In this document: piece after piece, positions 56,555-64,000 of the stretch
Position numbering within the stretch: position 1 is the stretch's first letter
How the letters are laid out: the number at the start of each line of letters is the position of its first letter
Assembly (NCBI GenBank): GCA_024704765.1
Contig: JAKMXF010000330.1
Span: forward strand, 62,001 to 126,000
Origin: Oopsacas minuta
Taxonomy: Eukaryota > Animalia > Porifera
DNA: 64,000 bases
Reading direction: 5' to 3'
Made by a program: the position numbers and the translations under genes
Notes under the pieces: generated by a model
What the model was told of the DNA's origin: nothing
What the model saw: only the letters and a program-made list of their open reading frames with translations
The model's database searches: none

Positions 56555-57809
56555 TTACACATTATTATGATTAACCAAGTCACATCCAAAATTGCCTTTA
56601 TTGTAGATTTGTTGAAAAATCCCGAACTTGCTAGACTGAGAAGAGAGAGTATCTACAGCATCAAATAGAGCATAAGTATCATGTACAAGCGTATACGTCT
56701 TGAGGCAATCTCTTAATTTCTGTAGAAATGAGTATACATTCAGGTGACTCTCTGTTGTACATTGTACAATTTTGTAAGTAGATGGATGTGGTCCAAATGT
56801 GGTGAATGGTATCTTCTCACTCCAGGGATTCCATTTCTGAGCGAAGCTGAGAGGGATGTCTTTGTTCCAGTGCAGTCTCACTCCAATACCTGGTCTTCTC
56901 TTGTAAGGAGATGAATTAGGGAAAGGTCCGTATGTAGTTGAGTAGATCCCACTAAGTCCTATGCTTCTAACTTCTTGTAGGACTTGAATATAGAAATTAT
57001 ATCTAAGGAAATATAATAATCAATAATACATTTGTTTGTGATTGCAATTATAAAGACTCAGAAATATTATTTCAAACTTACTTTGCTATTAGAAGAGAAT
57101 CATTGAGTAACATGACGATACGCTCACTCTCATTGTCCCAATGGTTGATCTCAGACAGAAGCCACACCCCATGCACCTCCTGATCATCTTCAACAGATTT
57201 TATGAGAGTATTTACAGCTGTCTGCCATTTTACGTCACTCCGTGCTAGAAACGAGTCACTTGATCCTTTTCTAATAGAGGGGTGTGAGTATTGTAGAGAT
57301 TGCGTCATCAGCTGATGTTTCTGATCAGTGAGACTTCCATCTATCACTACAGACTCGTGTAAGAGACATTGAGCCAGCTCCTGCTCCACCTCCTCTGTAG
57401 AAGGAGCTTCAAACCTATCTACAACATCATATGCGTTGAATGAGGATTCAGGAACGGAGCTAGAGCACTTTGAAGTCAGTAACTTAGGTAGAGGTATCCG
57501 TTTAGGTAACTTTGGTTTTAGAGAACTAAGGAAATCATTTTTGACTAAGGGGAGTGTTGCTAGTTTCGAAAGAGAGTTCTGCTTAACAAGGACCTGGGAA
57601 GGAGGCACCAACTCTGTTGGGATGAACTCCCATTCTTCATTAGCCTGAGCTAGAACTTGCTGGTTAGGACAATCATTCTCATTAGAGAAACATTGATCTT
57701 CTGCAAGTATTGAACATTGTATTTCATCGTCAAGCATAGAAATGTCGAAAAAGTCAAGACTTGAGTTTTCAGAAATTGAAATATCGTTTTTTGAGAAACC
57801 AGTAGCCAT
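56555..57809 (-). CDS. TPRG1: TPRG1/FAM79 (hSac2-domain) family protein, 2 exons, about 391 aa
   Basis: Exons 57809-57082 and 57002-56555 (79-bp phase-2 intron). GVWLLSEINHWDNESERIVML, IAK/YNF, KWNPWSEKIPFTTFGPHP, NKGNFG match the TPRG1/TPRG1L pattern; long acidic N-terminal extension. Confidence 0.85.
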
Positions 57810-58493
57810 GTCCACGTATGTCAGAAATGAAATGAGAACTTAGTATATAAGAATTGAATTATAGATTGATTAGCAAGTCCTTATTTATACTCCTCTCTGT
57901 TGTTTAGATAACCATGAACTAATTAACGTAACACAGTGCAATTTGTAAAATGTAATGGATTTTAATGTGTTAGATTAGTCACACATTATTAATGATTTAG
58001 AAAAATAACCAAGTTCAAGTCTGTCCGCTATTGATAACATATACGTAATGATAATCTAAATATAGCAGAGGAAAAGTTCGAGGGAACACAAGTACTTCCA
58101 AGAGTTGGTTAATTAGCAGAGTAATGTTACTATAATCATAATACGATTCTACTTATTGTGCTTAGAGATACTTCTAGTTATCTCCACATTATACGTAAGA
58201 TAACATACCACTGGCACACACAAGTACACCAGATGACCTCCATGGTAGTAACATCTTATAATTTTAACATTGTATAATTAACCTAAAATATCATGAATCA
58301 AATTGTAATGCAATTATACCTATTTTCCTACAACGTAGTATAATTAGTAGATGTAGTAAAAACAACCATCTATATTATCAACCCCTGCCCTGGGGAGGGC
58401 CTTCATGGTAGAGATTTAGGGCTGCTATGCTAGATTTGGTATTATATTATCATTATCCATTATCAAATTATTAACCTAAAATTTAAGTTAGTA

Positions 58494-59128
58494 CAGTCCA
58501 GACTTGGACCGGGTCATGATTTCCTGACCCGGTGACCCGGTTTTCAAAACATTAATTTTCTATATTCATGCGATTAGATAATAATTAGTTTAGTAAAATT
58601 ACTAATGATTCATGAAAATGAAATGTCTAACTAATATTGACTGAATCTTTATGATTTTACAAACCGAAATAATTTAATTATCTATAAGGATATAAACCAG
58701 GTCAAGTCAAAATCAGTGACCCGGTTCAGACCCGAAATTTATTGAAAATAGTGACCCGGTCCAAGCCTGGTACAATCAACTCCCGTTATATTGAAGCTCA
58801 AGTGATCGATAATTACTTTGATATAACCAATGACTTATAATTTGTTTCAGCATATCCTACTTTATACCAGGCCTGGAAGTAACCTGAAATTTCGGATTTG
58901 GGATAAGTAAAGCATGGAACAGATTCCATGTGAGTTCTATATTTTGGCACGAATAAATGTATTGCATAATTGTAGACTAACAAATTATCAACAATTATAT
59001 GCTAAATATTTCTAGGAATGTTTCGAAATATGTGACTAGTTAAGCATTTATTTGTTACACTATGGCATTCTTTGATGCGGGTGTATTGATATATCCATAT
59101 CCATGTTCGATATAACGAGAGTTGACTG
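58494..59128. mobile_element. pogo/Tigger-like MITE interrupted by a hAT MITE
   Basis: Reconstructed left TIR TA|cagtcaactcccgttatattgaa versus right TIR ttcgatataacgagagttgactg (21/23 match). Confidence 0.65.
58499..58769. mobile_element. hAT-type MITE (271 bp)
   Basis: TIRs cagacttggaccgggtca / tgacccggtccaagcctg; 8-bp TSD gtacagtc / gtacaatc; internal tgacccgg repeats. Confidence 0.8.
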
Positions 59129-59447
59129 TCTAGCGGTATATATATATATATACACCTCTTACAATTTCTTCAATCAACTCTATACAACTATAAGGTACAG
59201 ATGGATTACGGATGACAGATCGATGTAAAGTCCGTCAAACCCATAACTTATGGATTATTGAACAGAAATTGGTGTAATCCTAGTACATATTAGCGAATAA
59301 AATAAGTAAATGTTTAATATTTACATCAAGTAAACAACAACTCATCAAAACACAAAATTGACATATTCTTTAAAATAAATGAAAGCAACTGAGTAAAATA
59401 ATATAACTGAGGTTGTAATGAGAAAGATATTTACACTTCTGGACTGT

Positions 59448-62400
59448 TTAAACATCAGTTGTATCTGTAATACTCAATTGTTGTCCTAAGACTTGGTTAG
59501 CTTTACGGATACTAGTCATAATTTTGTTTCTATGAACACAAGGGACAATCCCAATACTCAATAGATCATGCTCTTTCAGACGCCAAACAGAGTCTAGACA
59601 TGTGTAACCATTATCTGTAAAGTTATCTTCATATCTGTACATTTCCAGTGATTTAAGCCATTCTCGTATTGACGAGAAGCTGAACACGTCAGCTTGAAAT
59701 GAACCTGTCAGTCTCCTAGACTTCCTAGCCTCAAGATTAGACCAGTACTTATCAGTAATCTTAGACTGTATCTGAGTAAAGCTTGGTCTCTGATCCTGAT
59801 CCTCCAGCCAGCAAGATTGCATCAGCTGATACACTTTATCAGGACAGTTGAGAGGGGCAGGCAGACGGTAACCAACTTGTAATTTATGTACTAGCGTGAA
59901 TATTTCCATCCCTTCGTACGGTTCCTGAGCAAAGCTCATGATCTCCCACAACAGTACTCCATAGCTCCAGACATCAGAAGCACTGTTAAATCGCTTATAT
60001 AGGATAGCCTCAAGAGCTGTCCATCGCACCGCTACTTTACCCCCCTTACTCATTGTGTAGAAATCCTCCTCTGTTTCACGGGACAACCCGAAATCTGATA
60101 TCTTGGGAGTTAAGTCACTGTCTAGTAGCACATTACGTGCTGCTAAATCTCTATGCACAAAGCATATAGAACTGAGGTAAGACATCCCTGATGCTACACC
60201 CAATGCAAGCCTGCCCTGCTGGATAAGTCTTAGATTCCAGGTATTCTTACGAAGGAAATGTAGGAGAGATGAGTTAGGCATGAATGGTGTTACAATCATG
60301 ACAGGATGCTGTAGTGTAACCCCCAGCAATGTTATAACATTATCATGATGAAATTGTCCCATTATTGAGGCTTCCTTATAGAAATCAGATTTGTGTCTCT
60401 CTGAAGTATCTGGTTTTAGAGTTTTCAGTGCTACTACTATTGAGTGACCATCTTGGTTTAAAGAGCCCATACACACATCACCGAACTCTCCATTCCCGAT
60501 CACCTCATCTATCTTAATATCTACGTTATTCACTTCTTTTGCAAAGTGTCGCACTGCCTCTCTAAGATTCTCAAACATATCAGGATCCTGGTAAGATACC
60601 GGTCTGGTACGGTGAGTAGTGTCATCAACGATTACATACTTTCTGGAATCTTTATACGTTAATGAATGGTAGATCTTTAGGAAACGTTTCTTTATTATCA
60701 AACAGCACATAACGAACGAAATAATAGAACAAGTAACGATGAATATAAGTACACAGAGAGCACCAGCTAATATCAAGTAAATACTTGTAGTTTGATTTAA
60801 TAATTCTTTTAGAGTAGGTACTATCGTAGTGTGTTGCGTGTCAAAATTACTTAATGTAGTTGTGTTATATGTAGCTGTGCTCTGAACCATAAGATTAGAT
60901 AGGTTATAGCTCTGAGAAAGAGATCCATTAGTTATATTAGGAAATAGAGGAATTAGAGTTATAACAACACTCATATTCTTATCCAAATCAACAACACCTG
61001 TACTACATCTGTAGATATCTGTAGTCACAATAGAACATCCATTCACTCTCACTTGTCTCAACACACCTCCTTTACTAGTGTAGTTAAATTCAAAACTCAA
61101 ATTACTCACTCCTCCCTCCAGTCTGTATTCCCACTCCATTACTGAACTAGCTTCATTCAAACTCAAAGACTCCTCCAACACTTCTGGGAAAGTAGACACA
61201 AATCTAACATTCACACTCTTCTCTACATCACTCAGTACTACAAGGTTGTTCAATGACGTCACTAATAATAGATATTCTCTGCTACTAGTCTCCAGTTCTG
61301 ATTCACTTAACTCATACGTCATATTCTCAATCACATCACTCCTCCACCACAACTCTAAACTACCTTCCCTTTCTAAGTATAAACTCAGTTGATAACTCAC
61401 TGATCTATTCCACACATCTATAGGTTCATTCCATGACACAACAATACTCACTCTTCCTCCTCCATTGTCTACTCTCTCTAATCCCAGGTTCCGTACAATA
61501 GAAGGACTCCTCCCACATAACATATACACACTCTCCTCCTCACTGCGATACCAACCAGCATCACACTCACAAGACTCACTTCCTACCATCCCATTCGTGT
61601 TACTCATCTCTCCACAACTCATACACTCACCCTCATCCCCAACATCAGGCTTGTATGTATTCACAGGACAAGCAACACAAGATAGATTATTCACTTGGCT
61701 CCATCCTCTCTCACATACACACTCCACAGACTCAGGTATTCTCCAAGAACCGTTCGTATAGCATTCAGCTTGTTGGTGACTCACAGAACCTACAGAGCAG
61801 TTAAAGTCAATGATTGTAGGTTCATCACTCAGTATAGGAACTGGAATATCTGGTACTGAAAGGAATTGGTTTATGCTCATAGCAGGACAGACCAAATAGT
61901 AGAATCTGAATGATAACAACCGCACACAATACCCAGAATTTTGAAAACCAATATAGAATCCTCTCTTACTAAGGGTAAAATTAGCCAATACTGTAAAATT
62001 ATCCATTACTGTAGAATTAAATTCTTGTAAGGAAAGATTGTAGATTTGCAGGAACTGATCAAGATTATTCGCTACATTAATAAGATCATCTGACTGAAGT
62101 ACATGAATATTAAATAATCCACTACAGTTCTGTGGGTATGGATGACCATCAAAAATATCATATACAATTTGTATATGTACAATATTAGCTTGTGAATGAT
62201 AGAATTCTGTAATAAGCCAATTATTCTCTCTACTGTGATCAACCTCTGTATCTGGACTTCCTGCACATACAATATATTGAGGACCACTATTTCTAGAATT
62301 TCCATTAAACATCCAAGTGACTTGATCGCAATTATGATACAGTTTATTATCATCATCGATTATCTCCCAATTTTGAATAGGATTAAGTTTTGATTCTCCA

Positions 62401-62480
62401 ATCGACCTGTAAATGTCCTTTTCTTCACCAACCAAGAACTTGATGAAAAACAATAATATGAAGTATCTCAATTCTAGCAT
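59448..62480 (-). CDS. EPH: Eph-type receptor tyrosine kinase (ligand-binding domain, Cys-rich region, FN3, TM, kinase, SAM, PDZ-binding tail)
   Basis: Signal peptide from the ATG at 62480; LBD (YIVC..ENNWLITEF); CECERGW..C.ACP..TYK; TM IYLILAGALCVLIFIVTCSIISFV; YQDP..EAVRHFAKEV; GNGEFGDV, VALKTLK, HRDLAARN, DFG; SAM; ends TDV. Intronless. Confidence 0.92.
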   Translation of the reverse strand: MLELRYFILLFFIKFLVGEEKDIYRSIGESKLNPIQNWEIIDDDNKLYHNCDQVTWMFNGNSRNSGPQYIVCAGSPDTEVDHSRENNWLITEFYHSQANIVHIQIVYDIFDGHPYPQNCSGLFNIHVLQSDDLINVANNLDQFLQIYNLSLQEFNSTVMDNFTVLANFTLSKRGFYIGFQNSGYCVRLLSFRFYYLVCPAMSINQFLSVPDIPVPILSDEPTIIDFNCSVGSVSHQQAECYTNGSWRIPESVECVCERGWSQVNNLSCVACPVNTYKPDVGDEGECMSCGEMSNTNGMVGSESCECDAGWYRSEEESVYMLCGRSPSIVRNLGLERVDNGGGRVSIVVSWNEPIDVWNRSVSYQLSLYLEREGSLELWWRSDVIENMTYELSESELETSSREYLLLVTSLNNLVVLSDVEKSVNVRFVSTFPEVLEESLSLNEASSVMEWEYRLEGGVSNLSFEFNYTSKGGVLRQVRVNGCSIVTTDIYRCSTGVVDLDKNMSVVITLIPLFPNITNGSLSQSYNLSNLMVQSTATYNTTTLSNFDTQHTTIVPTLKELLNQTTSIYLILAGALCVLIFIVTCSIISFVMCCLIIKKRFLKIYHSLTYKDSRKYVIVDDTTHRTRPVSYQDPDMFENLREAVRHFAKEVNNVDIKIDEVIGNGEFGDVCMGSLNQDGHSIVVALKTLKPDTSERHKSDFYKEASIMGQFHHDNVITLLGVTLQHPVMIVTPFMPNSSLLHFLRKNTWNLRLIQQGRLALGVASGMSYLSSICFVHRDLAARNVLLDSDLTPKISDFGLSRETEEDFYTMSKGGKVAVRWTALEAILYKRFNSASDVWSYGVLLWEIMSFAQEPYEGMEIFTLVHKLQVGYRLPAPLNCPDKVYQLMQSCWLEDQDQRPSFTQIQSKITDKYWSNLEARKSRRLTGSFQADVFSFSSIREWLKSLEMYRYEDNFTDNGYTCLDSVWRLKEHDLLSIGIVPCVHRNKIMTSIRKANQVLGQQLSITDTTDV

Positions 62481-62541
62481 ATCTAATGAGTAGTAATTCA
62501 ATAAAGGAATAAATCTGGCAAGAATAAGATATATATATATA

Positions 62542-62707
62542 CAGTCAAATCACGTTATATTAAACACGGCTACATCGAAATACTGACTTGATATTGTATA
62601 AATATGGTCCAGAACCGCCAAGGAAATATGCTTCATCGGTTATATCCAACTCTGTATCGAAGGAATTATCGAGGACCCTTGACCTTCGAAATAACGGGAG
62701 TTGACTG
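62542..62707. mobile_element. pogo/Tigger-like MITE
   Basis: TA|cagtcaaatcacgttat ... ataacgggagttgactg|TA; same family as 58494-59128. Confidence 0.75.
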
Positions 62708-63124
62708 TATGGAACAAGTTGTAAAAGGTGAAATGTTTCAAAATAAATAGAGCTCTTATTTAATTTCACAAATAAAATTTGGGTCAAAAACTGGCGGGTC
62801 CATAACATGCAAGAGGGTACAGGTACAGTTCAAGGTTTGGTGATAACGTAAGTAACGTTTTTCGAGACAAGAAAATAATTAACCGTCTATTGAGTAAAGA
62901 AGTGTACCTGACAATATTTTATGGATTTTCTTAAACCCTACTACATAAGACCGAACAGAAACGTAAAAAATCAAATGGAGAATTATGTGTGAATTATAAA
63001 AATGTACAATCATATTACATAATATTAACACAAAATGTATTCACGATGGAATAAAATATACACAAATCTAAACAAATTTCTTAAAAAACAACTTAAGTTT
63101 CTAGAAGAGTAAACTCAACCCATT

Positions 63125-64000
63125 TCAATCAGGGTTAACAGTTTGTAGCATAGTCTTGTGCATCTCAGCGATACTCTTCATGATTTTGGAGCGATGACCA
63201 GCAGGAATAATTCCAAGATTAGCCAGGTCCTCATAAGTGAGAGAGTATAACTGAGCAAGATAGCAGTATCCGCCTTCTTGGAAATGTCTAATATAACGAG
63301 AGAAGCCGATAGAATCTAACCAGTCTTCTAGAGAACATGTTTTCGCATGAAAAACTGAGGCTCTATTCTTTCGCTTTTGTCCAAAATTATTATCAATTAA
63401 ACTATAGAGTTTGTACTGAATTTCAGTGAAGGTTGGTCTCAAATTAGCATCTGATTTCCAGCAGGACATCATCAAACTATAGAGGGGGTCGGGACAGAAG
63501 TCTGGTTTCTCAAGTCGGTAGCCAGCTTGTACCTCTCCCAATACGTCATAATTCTCAATACCTGCGTAAGGAATTCTACCGAAACTTGTTACCTCCCACA
63601 TGAGGATACCAAAACTCCACATATCACTAGATTCATTAAATTTACGATAGGCGATTGCTTCAGGTGCTGTCCACCGTACTGGAATCTTACCTCCAGATTT
63701 AACATTATAGAAATTCTCCTCAGTTTCACGAGATAGACCGAAATCTGATATCTTAGGAGTCCAATCACTATCTATTAGCACATTACGTGCAGCTAGATCT
63801 CTATGGACAAATCCTATTTTAGTAAAGTATTCCATGCCACAAGCAACGCCAATACAGATTCTGACCTGCTGGATAGCTGTCATGGATAACTCTTTCTTCA
63901 TAACGAAATCATCTAAAGAGCCATTCTCAATGTAAGGAGTGACAATGACAATAGGTTTAGCTAGGGTAACACCGTATAGGAATATAACATTAGGATGCTT
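63125..64000 (-). CDS. EPH: Second Eph-type receptor kinase, 3' part (kinase C-lobe + SAM); 5' part lies outside the window
   Basis: The frame is open to the window edge (KHPNVIFLYGVT..); HRDLAARN, KISDFGLSRE, GKIPVRWTAPEAI.YRKF..SSDMWSFG; SAM SLEDWLDSIGF.RY..HF. Confidence 0.9.
   Translation of the reverse strand, partial: KHPNVIFLYGVTLAKPIVIVTPYIENGSLDDFVMKKELSMTAIQQVRICIGVACGMEYFTKIGFVHRDLAARNVLIDSDWTPKISDFGLSRETEENFYNVKSGGKIPVRWTAPEAIAYRKFNESSDMWSFGILMWEVTSFGRIPYAGIENYDVLGEVQAGYRLEKPDFCPDPLYSLMMSCWKSDANLRPTFTEIQYKLYSLIDNNFGQKRKNRASVFHAKTCSLEDWLDSIGFSRYIRHFQEGGYCYLAQLYSLTYEDLANLGIIPAGHRSKIMKSIAEMHKTMLQTVNPD

Noticed and set aside
1340-63736. Numerous 60-145 aa ORFs antisense to or overlapping real genes, and GTG/TTG/ATT-type starts in the ORF track
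   Set aside because: They are shadows of long coding frames or low-complexity DNA with no motifs, and non-ATG starts are not expected in this eukaryotic context.
1-64000. rRNA, tRNA, spliceosomal snRNA or SL RNA genes
   Set aside because: I recognised no cloverleaf, A/B boxes, rRNA motifs or Sm-site-bearing snRNA by eye. A tRNAscan or Infernal run would be needed to exclude divergent copies.

Overview
This is an AT-rich, gene-dense, intron-poor animal genomic window. The gene content (IFT46, integrin beta, Eph receptors, TMC, TRIM-NHL family) and the compact style point to a sponge, probably a glass sponge such as Oopsacas minuta; this is inference. I reconstruct 22 protein-coding genes (the last cut by the window edge), 20 of them on the minus strand: TRIM-NHL, IFT46, RSL24D1, EXOSC2, a C2H2 zinc-finger gene, GNPTG, FH(+), HELZ-like helicase, METTL2, integrin beta, an unnamed 5-exon membrane adaptor, RCE1(+), PPIL4, SHQ1, anillin, NUP133, RNF121, TMC, GET3, a TPRG1-like gene and two tandem Eph-type kinases. 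There are also two decayed NHL-family genes and many short non-autonomous DNA transposons (Helitron, hAT, pogo-like). The most interesting observations are four. (1) An operon-like layout with splice-acceptor AGs directly against the start codons, which suggests spliced-leader trans-splicing. (2) A hidden 679-aa type III single-pass protein with a disordered Tyr-rich tail, built like the vertebrate LAT/PAG adaptors. (3) A U12-type minor-spliceosome intron kept in RNF121 while neighbouring genes are intronless. (4) A structured RNA candidate between SHQ1 and PPIL4. I found no rRNA, tRNA or CRISPR. All splice models and alignments were done by eye, and no database searches were run.
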